Assembly (NCBI RefSeq): GCF_001458695.1
Contig: NZ_LN885086.1
Coordinates: 690,001 to 722,000 of the forward strand
Length of the DNA stretch: 32,000 bases
Reading direction: 5' to 3'
Source of the DNA: Candidatus Nitrospira inopinata
Lineage (GTDB): Bacteria > Nitrospirota > Nitrospiria > Nitrospirales > Nitrospiraceae
The translations under genes and the position numbers were made by a program. Below the pieces are notes generated by a model that was not told where the DNA came from, made no database searches, and saw only the letters and a list, made by a program, of their open reading frames with translations. Shown here piece after piece: positions 16,003-24,338 of this stretch. Each line of letters begins with the position of its first letter. Within the stretch, counting starts at the first letter, position 1.

Positions 16003-17382
16003 CTAGTCTTCCGGGTGAGGTTTCCCTTCGATTTCGGCAAGCTTGCGATAGAGGGTCTTGCGATCGATGCCCAGAACGTGGGCGGCCTGATACTTGTTGC
16101 CGCCGGTCTTTTCGAGGATCTTTTTAATGTATTCTTTTTCGACCTCGTGCAAGGGCAGACTCTTCTCCGCCGCTTCGTCCAGCACCCGGCGGTCGCCGCG
16201 CGCCCCTTGCACCGCCGGGGGCAAATCATCCGGAGACACCTTGTCTCCGCGGCTCAACGTGACGGCCCGTTCGATCACGTTTTCGAGCTCGCGCACATTG
16301 CCCGGCCAGGCATAGTCGATCAACATTGCCAACGCCGCTTCGCTGATCCCTTTGACCGGTTTTCCTCCCGTCTCGGCGCACTTCTTCAAAAACGCATCGA
16401 CCAGCAACGGAATGTCCTCCCGCCGCTCACGCAGGGGAGGCAGTTTTAATTCAATGACGTTGAGCCGATAGTAGAGGTCTTCGCGGAACCGCTTGTTCTT
16501 CACTTCGTCGGCCAGATTAAGATTGGTCGCCGCGATGATCCGCACATCCACCGCGATCGGCTTGGTGGCGCCGACCCGCCGGATTTCTTTTTCCTGGATC
16601 GCCCGCAACAGCTTGGCCTGCAACATGAGCGGCAGCTCGCTGATCTCGTCGAGAAACAACGTCCCCTTCTGCGCTTCCTCGAACAGCCCCCGTTTGTCCA
16701 CCTTGGCGTCGGTAAACGCTCCCCGCATGTGCCCGAACAACTCGCTTTCCAACAGTTGTTCCGGAATCGCGGCGCAGTTGACGGGGACAAACGGCGCCTC
16801 CTTGCGGCTGCTGTTGTAGTGAATCGCCTTGGCGACCAGCTCCTTTCCGGTCCCGCTTTCCCCCGTGATCAACACGTTGGTCGGGCTGTCGGCCACCCGG
16901 CGAATCAAATCAAACACCGCCTGAATCGCTTTACTCTTGCCCAAGATCTGGTGAAAACTGTATTCCTTGCGCACTTCCTTGCGGAGCCGGTCCACTTCTC
17001 TCCGGAGCGCCGCTTCTCTGATCACCCGCTCGACGACCCGGATCAGCTCGTCTTTCTTCACCGGTTTGGTGAGATAGTCGCTCGCGCCGTGCTTCATCGC
17101 TTCGACGGCGGTATCCACCGAGCCGAACGCGGTCATGAGCACCACGTTGACCTCCGGATACTCTCGTTTGATTTGATTGAGCAGTTCGAGCCCCTGCATG
17201 CCTTTCATCCGAAGATCCGTCAGCACCACGGCGTAATCTTCTTCCGCCAGGAGCTTCAAGGCTTCTTCGCCGCTTCCAGCCACGGAAACCTGATGCCCTC
17301 GATCTTTCAACATGTCCTGGGCCAATTCCCGCATGTCGGCATCGTCATCGACGACCAGGATCGCGCCCCATTCTTCGGTCAT
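16003..17382 (-). CDS. NtrC-family sigma-54-dependent response regulator
   Basis: REC domain (ILVVDDDADMRE ... VVLTDLRMKGM ... VVLMTAFG). AAA+ core (GESGTGKE; GAFTDA variant of GAFTGA). Fis-type HTH (GNKYQAAHVLGIDRKTLYRKL). ATG at 17382 has ACGGAGAAG SD; the track ORF begins one codon earlier at a GTG. Confidence 0.95.
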   Translation of the reverse strand: MTEEWGAILVVDDDADMRELAQDMLKDRGHQVSVAGSGEEALKLLAEEDYAVVLTDLRMKGMQGLELLNQIKREYPEVNVVLMTAFGSVDTAVEAMKHGASDYLTKPVKKDELIRVVERVIREAALRREVDRLRKEVRKEYSFHQILGKSKAIQAVFDLIRRVADSPTNVLITGESGTGKELVAKAIHYNSSRKEAPFVPVNCAAIPEQLLESELFGHMRGAFTDAKVDKRGLFEEAQKGTLFLDEISELPLMLQAKLLRAIQEKEIRRVGATKPIAVDVRIIAATNLNLADEVKNKRFREDLYYRLNVIELKLPPLRERREDIPLLVDAFLKKCAETGGKPVKGISEAALAMLIDYAWPGNVRELENVIERAVTLSRGDKVSPDDLPPAVQGARGDRRVLDEAAEKSLPLHEVEKEYIKKILEKTGGNKYQAAHVLGIDRKTLYRKLAEIEGKPHPED

Positions 17383-17453
17383 CACCTTCTCCGTCTGCTA
17401 CAGGGCCATTCCTCTCTAGTGGAGACTCATCTTGTTGTCCCAAACTGCAACGG

Positions 17454-17485
17454 TGCGACAGTTGGACTGTCGCATTATGCGACAG
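17454..17485. promoter_or_regulatory. palindromic TGCGACAG operator-like element in the NtrC-type gene leader
   Basis: TGCGACAG-ttgga-CTGTCGCA (17454-17474) is a perfect 8-bp palindrome, followed by a third direct copy TGCGACAG (17478-17485). It lies between the candidate promoter and the start codon. Confidence 0.3.
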
Positions 17486-17521
17486 AACAGACTGACTCTT
17501 CCCATTAAAGGGGTAAGGATC

Positions 17522-17537
17522 TGCAAAGGTAAGACCA
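17522..17537 (-). promoter_or_regulatory. candidate sigma-54 (-24/-12) promoter of the NtrC-type regulator / kinase operon
   Basis: The minus strand reads TGGTCTTACCTTTGCA. TGG and TTGCA are at exact consensus spacing, and the middle of the -24 box diverges. It is about 140 nt upstream of the start codon. Confidence 0.35.
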
Positions 17538-17573
17538 TATTTTCGGAGGGCTGAGACAAGAAGAGCTTAACAA

Positions 17574-18173
17574 TCATTCTGAGGCCGGTCGATGAGATCG
17601 ATCCGCTGCTCGCCATCGCTTCTTGATCGCCGCCACGGCCTGTTTGGCCTCTGTTTCATCGAGACCGATGCCGAAGCGACGGGTTTTCCCCTCATAGTCG
17701 AAGGCAATGGCTCCGCCGCCGATGCCCCATAATTGCAGGGCCATCGACAAATCCATGGGATCAAAGATGGCCGGCTCGGCCTGCAGTTCACGCACTTGAT
17801 CCAGATCGTACACCTTGTCAAGGCCGAATCCTCCGACATCGCGACGAAGAGTGAGGCTCCCGTCTCGCACGGTCACAATCTCTTTCCCCATCACCTGCCA
17901 CAACCAGGCGTAGACGGCCAAGACACCGGCCACCGTCCAAACCACGAACCAGGCGACCATTAACGACCATCCGCCGGACGGCGCCTCCCCTTCAAGAAAT
18001 CGGAGGGGGATGAGGACCTCGGCGACTACCCAGGCACAGAGCCAAAACCCCAAAAACCCGATCACAAACCAACTCCGGCTATAGGGAATCACCAAACGGA
18101 GGCAGTCCGATGTCTCCGTGATCATCACCCGTGAGGGAAGCGGGCGGGGAGAAAGGGATCGGGTTTTGGCCAT
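17574..18173 (-). CDS. hypothetical membrane protein (two TM segments plus soluble C-terminal domain)
   Basis: 199-aa ORF with two clear hydrophobic helices (WFVIGFLGFWLCAWVVAEVLI; WSLMVAWFVVWTVAGVLAVYAWLW) and a C-terminal beta-rich domain. I recognise no family and the SD is weak. Confidence 0.55.
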   Translation of the reverse strand: MAKTRSLSPRPLPSRVMITETSDCLRLVIPYSRSWFVIGFLGFWLCAWVVAEVLIPLRFLEGEAPSGGWSLMVAWFVVWTVAGVLAVYAWLWQVMGKEIVTVRDGSLTLRRDVGGFGLDKVYDLDQVRELQAEPAIFDPMDLSMALQLWGIGGGAIAFDYEGKTRRFGIGLDETEAKQAVAAIKKRWRAADRSHRPASE

Positions 18174-18586
18174 AAATGCTCACGTTGAAACGGCCGGTAT
18201 TATGGCACGAATGGGCGGGGAGCCTGCCATGGAAAAACAGCCACCGGTGACACTGCCCCCCATTTTTTGAGCATGCGGCAGATCGGCGACGAGTCGGATC
18301 TTGCAGCATTCTGCCACAGAAGTTTCTGGATCATTGCCGAAAAAATCCTCATGCCGACTCATCGAGGCCGGGAACTTCGACGAAACGTATCATCAGCGGA
18401 AAAGTCCGGTGGGAATGAGCTCCGTTTGCGAATGTTCAGCGTTTGCCTCTCTAAATTGCGAGCGAATCGCAATGGCATCCAACATGCACATGAGCATGTG
18501 TCTCGGCATGAAGTCCTGGCGATGGAGCCCACGATACGTTGGGTCAAATCGCTCGATCCATCGACATTTCTAAAAAGGAGGGAACG

Positions 18587-18937
18587 ATGCGACGACTTTC
18601 ATTGAGATCGGTGATGCTGACGATCTTGCTTGCAGCCGGTGTCCTGATCGCCGGCGAATCGGCCTCCGCGGGCGACAAGGGCAAGAAAGATAAGGTCGAG
18701 ATGGCGCAGGCGGCTAAGGTGTCGATTGAACAAGCCATCCAAACCGCCTCGGAGAAGGTATCGGGCAAGGTCATCGAAGCCGAACTGGAACGCAAGCACA
18801 AGACGCTCGTGTGGGAGGTCGAGGTCGTGACGCCCGAACACAAAATTATGGAGGTCCACATCGATGCGGAGAGCGGGGCCGTCATCGACGTGGAGGAAGA
18901 AACGCCCAAAAAAATCCGCTCGCCCAAAGAACGGTAG
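18587..18937 (+). CDS. secreted PepSY-domain protein
   Basis: ATG at 18587 is preceded by AAAAAGGAGGGAAC. Signal peptide MRRLSLRSVMLTILLAAGVLIAGESASA. KVSIEQAIQTASEKVSGKVIEAELERKHKTLVWEVEVVTPEHKIMEVHIDAESGAVIDVEEE is a typical PepSY fold signature. Confidence 0.8.
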   Translation: MRRLSLRSVMLTILLAAGVLIAGESASAGDKGKKDKVEMAQAAKVSIEQAIQTASEKVSGKVIEAELERKHKTLVWEVEVVTPEHKIMEVHIDAESGAVIDVEEETPKKIRSPKER

Positions 18938-18952
18938 ATTGCCGTAACTTTT

Positions 18953-21664
18953 CTAAAAAGGAGCAGTCTCCCGCCCCAACAACGCGACACGGTCATGGAG
19001 CATCGCGGCGATCCGTTGGTAGCGATCGGCTCCGCTTTCGGGACTATCCAGGATGGCGGGGTCGATCGGTTCGCCAAAGAGGATCGTGACAGGTCGTCGG
19101 CGCGGCCACCGGCCACCGGTCGGCAGGGCTTCAAAGGTTCCTCGAATCCAAACCGGGATGATGGGAACCGGGTAGGCAGCCACCAACAAGCCGATTCCCG
19201 ACTGAAAGGGCTGGAGCATGCCATCTCGCGAGCGTCCCCCCTCCGGAAACCAGACGAGGTTGTAGCCACGTGCAAGGGCCGCCGCCCCCAGGGCGACATC
19301 GGCCAAGGGCCTGCCGCTTTGATCAATGGGCAACACCTGAACCGCGCGGCTGATCAACCGCATGAGAGGATTTTTGAACATAATGCCGGTCCATCCTCCC
19401 CAATAGGTCCGATGCAAGACCCCATCGGGAAAAGCCGCGATGATCGCCAAGGGATCGAGTACGCTGGCATGGTTGGAGATCACGATGCAGGGCCCTTCCA
19501 GTCGTCCGATCCGCTCGCGTCCTTTCACTTCGAGCAAAAACACCGTTCGCATGAGCCGGCGGACCACACGAAATATGACCGTGCCCAGCCCTCGCAGCGC
19601 CCATCCTCGTTCTTTCAGCCATTGCCGCTGCCGTTGATCCAGTAAGGATTCAGGCTGTTTGAGTTGCAGGACCGGATCGGACGTCCCTCCGGGCGCCCCT
19701 CTCATGACCTGCTCCGCCTCCACGGCTTCGCGTAACAGATCCCGCACCGTGCCGATGCGGGCGATGGCTTCTTCGTGCAGATCAACGCCGAGCCGATCAC
19801 GCAGCTCCAGCGTCAGAGCGAGCCAGGCCAGCGAATCCAAGCCGAGATCGAGCGTCATGTGCGTATCCGGGGTCAATCTTACCTTGGGAAACCGTGCGCC
19901 CAGCCATTTCCAGACGGCCAGCGCGACCTGGTCTTCCAGTAATTGCCGATCCTCCGGCGCCATCGACTCGATCGCGATTGGCCCAGCTTCGACAAGGGGA
20001 CGTGCCTCTTCTTGTTTCTTTGCCTCAAACAGATCCGCCAGTTTATGTCGCTGAAGCTTGCCCAGCCTGGTGCGAGGCAATGGATCAAAACTGATGACAC
20101 ATTCCGTGAGGCGACAATAGGACGGTACCTGGCGCAACCGCTCATCCAACTCGGCGCGAATGGTCCGGATCAAACCATCACGCTCTTCTTCATGAAAGGA
20201 CGTGACGCGCGGCACGACGATGCCGACCAGCCGACCGTCACGAGCCAAGACCGCTGATTCCCGCACGGAAGGAGCTTCGTCCAGAACCTGTTCGATTCTT
20301 TCAGGCCAGATCTTTTCCCCTCCCGGTAAGGTGATGCGGGACGAGGCGCGCCCCACGATGTGGAGGTAGCCTTCCCGGTCGATGTATCCCAAGTCTCCCG
20401 TCCGGAACCAGCCGTCTTCTGTGAAGACCTCCGCCGTTTTGTCCGGCAAATGCCGATAGCCGGCGAAGACGTTGGGGCCCTTGGCTTGAATTTCTCCTTG
20501 ACCGGTTTCCGGGTCAGCCTCCGCGATACGGAGGCGAACATTGGGGAGCGGTTTGCCGGCCGTGTCGATCACGCGACTGCCCGGCAGGGTCAAGGTGAGG
20601 ATTGGAGAGGTCTCCGTCAGCCCGTAGCCTCCCGCCACCTGCCAGCCCAGGCCGGCCAATCGCCAGGCAAGATCCGAGGGCATCGCCGCCCCTCCGTACA
20701 CTAATGTTCGAAGGTGGGGCGCCACCTGTTTTCTGATGGGCGCGAACAGCCACTCACCAAGACGCAGGCCATACCGCCTGGCCAACAGGGTGGAGAGCGC
20801 GAGGAGTCCGTGAACAAGCGTTGCAACCGCTCGTCCATTCCGACGGAGCCGCTCCTCGATCGCGGCGTAGAGAGCGGAATAGAGACGCGGGACGCCGATG
20901 ATCGCCGTGACACGACCGTCTCGTAGCGAGCGGAGCAGTTGGGGACCGGTCAAGGAGTGAGGAAGAATGATGGGCAAGCCAAGCGCACAGGGCGCGAGGA
21001 ACCCCGCCATGAACGGATAGACATGGTGCAACGGCAACGGGAGGAGCACCCGTTCATCCGGCTGATAGACGAGGATCTCGATCAGCGCCTCGAGATTGGA
21101 GATCACATTGGCGTGAGTCAGGGGCACGCCCTTGGGCCGTCCACTGACCCCCGACGTATAAAACAACAGCGCGTGATCCTCTGGCTTGACAACACAGCCC
21201 GGGTCGATCGGGGGGCCAAAGAGCCGCCTGAAGCTTCGCGGATCACGCTCATCGGCATCCAACAGAATAAGGGAGCGCCCTTCGTGAAGATCGAGGCTCA
21301 CCAACCGCTCAACCAATGATCGAACGGTCACAAGCCGGTGCGCGTCACAGTCGCGGATGATGTGGGCAAGCTCCTGACCGGCCGATTGAGAATCGACCGG
21401 GACCGGGATCGCGCCGGTATAGAGCAGCGCCAGACAGGCGGTGATCCATTCGGGCCGATTGGGCGCATAAAGCGCCACCGGCTCGCCTGGTTGCAGACCT
21501 GCTTGCAGCAGACCGGCTGCTAGCCGCCTGACGTCTTCCGATAGGCCCGCAAACGACCTGGTCTCGACCTCCTGTTTGTGGAAGGCGACGATCGCCGTCT
21601 GCTCTCCATGGCTCGACAGGTGCTGAGCCAGCGCCTGGAGGGTGCTCCACCTGGGTCCGTACAT
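18953..21664 (-). CDS. tri-domain fusion: acyl-AMP/acyl-CoA ligase - acyl carrier domain - PlsC-type lysophospholipid acyltransferase
   Basis: 903 aa. Adenylation motifs FYTSGVSGRPKGV, GYGLTETS, WFRTGDLG and LPRTRLGKLQR. Carrier-domain phosphopantetheine site LGLDSLAWL (Ser611). Acyltransferase HxxxxD (NHASVLD, aa 731-737) and FPEGGRS motifs. Confidence 0.92.
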   Translation of the reverse strand: MYGPRWSTLQALAQHLSSHGEQTAIVAFHKQEVETRSFAGLSEDVRRLAAGLLQAGLQPGEPVALYAPNRPEWITACLALLYTGAIPVPVDSQSAGQELAHIIRDCDAHRLVTVRSLVERLVSLDLHEGRSLILLDADERDPRSFRRLFGPPIDPGCVVKPEDHALLFYTSGVSGRPKGVPLTHANVISNLEALIEILVYQPDERVLLPLPLHHVYPFMAGFLAPCALGLPIILPHSLTGPQLLRSLRDGRVTAIIGVPRLYSALYAAIEERLRRNGRAVATLVHGLLALSTLLARRYGLRLGEWLFAPIRKQVAPHLRTLVYGGAAMPSDLAWRLAGLGWQVAGGYGLTETSPILTLTLPGSRVIDTAGKPLPNVRLRIAEADPETGQGEIQAKGPNVFAGYRHLPDKTAEVFTEDGWFRTGDLGYIDREGYLHIVGRASSRITLPGGEKIWPERIEQVLDEAPSVRESAVLARDGRLVGIVVPRVTSFHEEERDGLIRTIRAELDERLRQVPSYCRLTECVISFDPLPRTRLGKLQRHKLADLFEAKKQEEARPLVEAGPIAIESMAPEDRQLLEDQVALAVWKWLGARFPKVRLTPDTHMTLDLGLDSLAWLALTLELRDRLGVDLHEEAIARIGTVRDLLREAVEAEQVMRGAPGGTSDPVLQLKQPESLLDQRQRQWLKERGWALRGLGTVIFRVVRRLMRTVFLLEVKGRERIGRLEGPCIVISNHASVLDPLAIIAAFPDGVLHRTYWGGWTGIMFKNPLMRLISRAVQVLPIDQSGRPLADVALGAAALARGYNLVWFPEGGRSRDGMLQPFQSGIGLLVAAYPVPIIPVWIRGTFEALPTGGRWPRRRPVTILFGEPIDPAILDSPESGADRYQRIAAMLHDRVALLGRETAPF

Positions 21665-21699
21665 GGAGAAGGCTCTGGGATGAACGGTGACTTCGCCAC

Positions 21700-22353
21700 T
21701 TATGATACGGTGAGCGACGCTTTGAGTCGCAGCTTTCGTTGATCGACCGTCGTATCCTGTATCAATCGGCTGAAACTGTCGGCCAAGACCTCGTTGATGA
21801 CGGCTTCCACGTCTTCGGGGTCGAACCAGAAGACGTCCTCGGCCCCTTTCCCGTTCAGCACCATCCGCACCACACTGCCGTCGGCCACGTTCGTGGCCTG
21901 GATCGTCACCTTGGCACGCGCCGTGATCGCAGTGAATCCGAACCCGCTCTTGGCATGGACGGCACAGTCCTCAACCCTTCCGGCCAGGATCACGTCCGCC
22001 TCCGTTTTGCCACCTTTTTGATCGCCGCCTTGGGTGGAGACCACCTGCCAGCCCTTGGCCACCAGGTGTTCCTTCAAGGCCTGCGTCACCGCCTCCGTGA
22101 GCTTGCTCCCGGGAACGTCGAAATAACTGACTCCTCCCCATAGATGGGTCCGCACTCCCAAGTTGGTCCGGTGCTGGCGGCCGTCTTCAAACGGTCCGAT
22201 GGCGACCCGTACCGGCTGAGGCTGAACGGCCGCCTTTTCGGTTGTCTGAGCCACTCCGCGCAGATGAATGGGAATCACCTCGCCCGTCCCGGCGCATCCG
22301 ACGATGGTCGCAAGCCCCACTCCCCCAATCCATGACATCCAGGTCTGTTTCAC
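21700..22353 (-). CDS. lipoprotein of unknown function
   Basis: GTG at 22353 is preceded by GGGGAGGG with 5-nt spacing, giving MKQTWMSWIGGVGLATIVGC with lipobox IVGC. The track ORF extends to 22425, and the ATG at 22383 is an alternative start coupled to the pal stop. I recognise no family with confidence. Confidence 0.65.
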   Translation of the reverse strand: MKQTWMSWIGGVGLATIVGCAGTGEVIPIHLRGVAQTTEKAAVQPQPVRVAIGPFEDGRQHRTNLGVRTHLWGGVSYFDVPGSKLTEAVTQALKEHLVAKGWQVVSTQGGDQKGGKTEADVILAGRVEDCAVHAKSGFGFTAITARAKVTIQATNVADGSVVRMVLNGKGAEDVFWFDPEDVEAVINEVLADSFSRLIQDTTVDQRKLRLKASLTVS

Positions 22354-22385
22354 GATACCCTCCCCGTTCATCCGTTTTATCATCG

Positions 22386-22988
22386 TTACTGCAGTCTGAA
22401 ATGCGCCCGCCGATTGGACTGCCAACAGGCCTCACTGTGCTCCGTGCAAAACGGTCGCTCCTTCCCGTAGCTGACGATCTTGAGCCGAGACGGCGCCACG
22501 CCCAAGTCCTGCAAATATCGTTTGGCGGCAGCAGCGCGCCGCTCTCCCAGAACGAGATTGTACGCACTTGTGCCTCGCTCATCGCAATGCCCCTCAATCA
22601 ACACCGTGCCATCGGGCCCTGCCTTGAACCATGCGGCGTTGGTTTCCAACACCGATTGCGCGTCGCCTCGAATGATATGTTGATCGTAGTCGAAATAAAT
22701 GTCCGCCAACTCCGCCTGCGGTTGGGATGGCGCGGGAGCAGGCTCTGAAGGAGGCGCGGTCACGATCGGCTCTTGAGCGATACGCCTCTCTTCTGTTGAA
22801 GGCGCCGCGGCCGGTGGTCCGCCCGCCGATGGTTGCCTTGTCTCTCGCTCGGCGGAAGCCGTCGGAGACGGAGCGGACGGAATCGCCTGCCCCTCCACCG
22901 CCGTCGTCACCCTCTTGCCCGTGCATCCAGCCATAACTGTCAATGCCAACACCCCCAGGAACAACCGACCCGTCACTTGTGTCGTCAT
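22386..22988 (-). CDS. pal: peptidoglycan-associated lipoprotein (OmpA-family C-terminal domain)
   Basis: ATG at 22988 has AGAGGAG SD with 6-nt spacing. Signal plus lipobox MTTQVTGRLFLGVLALTVMAGC. A Pro/Ala-rich linker follows. OmpA-like domain IYFDYDQHIIRGDAQSVL ... IEGHCDERGTSAYNLVLGERRAAAAKRYLQDLGV ... SYGKERP. Confidence 0.9.
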   Translation of the reverse strand: MTTQVTGRLFLGVLALTVMAGCTGKRVTTAVEGQAIPSAPSPTASAERETRQPSAGGPPAAAPSTEERRIAQEPIVTAPPSEPAPAPSQPQAELADIYFDYDQHIIRGDAQSVLETNAAWFKAGPDGTVLIEGHCDERGTSAYNLVLGERRAAAAKRYLQDLGVAPSRLKIVSYGKERPFCTEHSEACWQSNRRAHFRLQ

Positions 22989-23018
22989 AGCGGCTCCTCT
23001 GTTCATCAGTGGTGGTTA

Positions 23019-23402
23019 TCAGTGAGCGCGAATCGACTGGGCCAGCAACCCGTCGGATGTCTTAAGATAGGTGACCTCAGCCGTCTGGCCGGCCTTCAGG
23101 TCCGCCAATTGGGCCGCCTGCTTGCCCTTGGTAATCTTCGTGTCGGCGGACACGCGGGCGCCCACGATCATTTCCTCTTTGCTGGGCAGTACCACCTTCA
23201 CCACAATAATCTGAGGATTCGCCTCGACATTCGTCGCAACCACCGTCCCCCGCACTGTTCGCTGAATGACCTCGCCGGCATGACTCATTATCGGCACGGC
23301 TGCCGCCAAACTCGCAGCCAGGATCCCACTGAGAAACAGTGCCGATAGCGTTCTCCCTCTGATTCCTCCATAACTGAGTGTCGTTGTGTCCTTTCGCATC
23401 AT
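23019..23402 (-). CDS. small secreted protein, unknown function
   Basis: 127-aa ORF with signal peptide (RTLSALFLSGILAASLAAAVPIMSHA) and a beta-rich mature part. It is the first gene of the pal operon by position. Confidence 0.55.
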   Translation of the reverse strand: MMRKDTTTLSYGGIRGRTLSALFLSGILAASLAAAVPIMSHAGEVIQRTVRGTVVATNVEANPQIIVVKVVLPSKEEMIVGARVSADTKITKGKQAAQLADLKAGQTAEVTYLKTSDGLLAQSIRAH

Positions 23403-23841
23403 TGACCTCCTTCCTTGTGAGTGGAACCTCTTGGCAAAAACAGCGCCATACGACTCTTCAAGGCTTGATCACAGAACATGTTGAAACAAAAGAGAGCGCT
23501 CTGCCATCCCTCAAGAAACACCGATTTTGTTCTTTCGAGGTTGAAGCAATCCGCCTCACCATCCTTTCTTAGTTCTGTTGCTAAATGGCACAACTTTCAA
23601 CCGGGCCATCATGTGAAAGGCCCCCTTCTTGAGAATCCCTCTTTAAGAATCCCGCCTTTTCTCTCCTGGCCTCGGAAACAAATAGTGTGGCCCGGCCCTT
23701 GAATCAAGGGGGGTCACGTGGCTCATTGTTCGAATTACCTGCAGTTCCGCTGGAAACCAGGGTCCTCGTAGTCTGCCCCTTGTACCCCAAGAGGTTCTCG
23801 GGCCAGAATGACCAGCGATCAAGAGAGGACAGCTTATTCCT

Positions 23842-24306
23842 GTGAATCAACCGACCACACATGTTTCCCAGACCGAGACCGCGCAGGTCCGTTGGGAACA
23901 TTTTCCCCATCAAGCCGACATGGGCGTGAGGGGGATCGGGCCAACCAAGGAAGCGGCCTTTGAACAGGCGGCGATGGCCTTGACCGCTGTGATCACGAAC
24001 CCGGAATCGGTCAGGCCAGTGGAGGCCGTCTCCATCACGTGCGACGCGCCCGACGATGAACTGTTGCTGGTCGATTGGCTGAATGCCCTGGTCTATGAAA
24101 TGGCGACAAGGAACATGCTGTTCGGCCGTTTTGCCGTCCAGATTCACGACCATCGCCTTCAGGCCACCGCCTGGGGAGAGCCGGTCGACGTCGCGCGCCA
24201 TCAGCCAGCCGTCGAAGTGAAAGGCGCCACCTACACTGCCTTGTCCGTCAAGGAGGAACAGGAACCAGAAGGCTGCTGGATTGCTCAATGTGTGGTCGAT
24301 GTTTAG
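23842..24306 (+). CDS. archease (RtcB activator)
   Basis: 154 aa with a GTG start. [30 protein letters not shown] ... [11 protein letters not shown] is the conserved archease signature. It sits directly upstream of rtcB. Confidence 0.88.
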   Translation: MNQPTTHVSQTETAQVRWEHFPHQADMGVRGIGPTKEAAFEQAAMALTAVITNPESVRPVEAVSITCDAPDDELLLVDWLNALVYEMATRNMLFGRFAVQIHDHRLQATAWGEPVDVARHQPAVEVKGATYTALSVKEEQEPEGCWIAQCVVDV

Positions 24307-24338
24307 ATGTCGAATTGTTGAGGAGAGCGAGGGAAGCC

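Noticed and set aside
10798-17508. Plus-strand ORFs antisense to the regulator and kinase genes (e.g. 11248-11946, 14850-15809, 16729-17508)
   Set aside because: These are high-GC mirror frames without motifs. The minus-strand genes have Walker A, GAFTGA, H-box and receiver signatures.
18544-19326. 260-aa minus-strand ORF spanning the PepSY gene and the 3' end of the ligase fusion
   Set aside because: It is antisense to PepSY and out of frame with the fusion protein, with a Ser/Pro/Arg-rich translation.
23431-23445. Plus-strand TGGCAAAAACAGCGC as a sigma-54 promoter for archease-rtcB (by analogy with E. coli rtcBA)
   Set aside because: The -12 box is GCGC rather than TTGC. The site is ~400 nt from the archease start and only ~30 nt from the divergent gene, so the evidence is insufficient.
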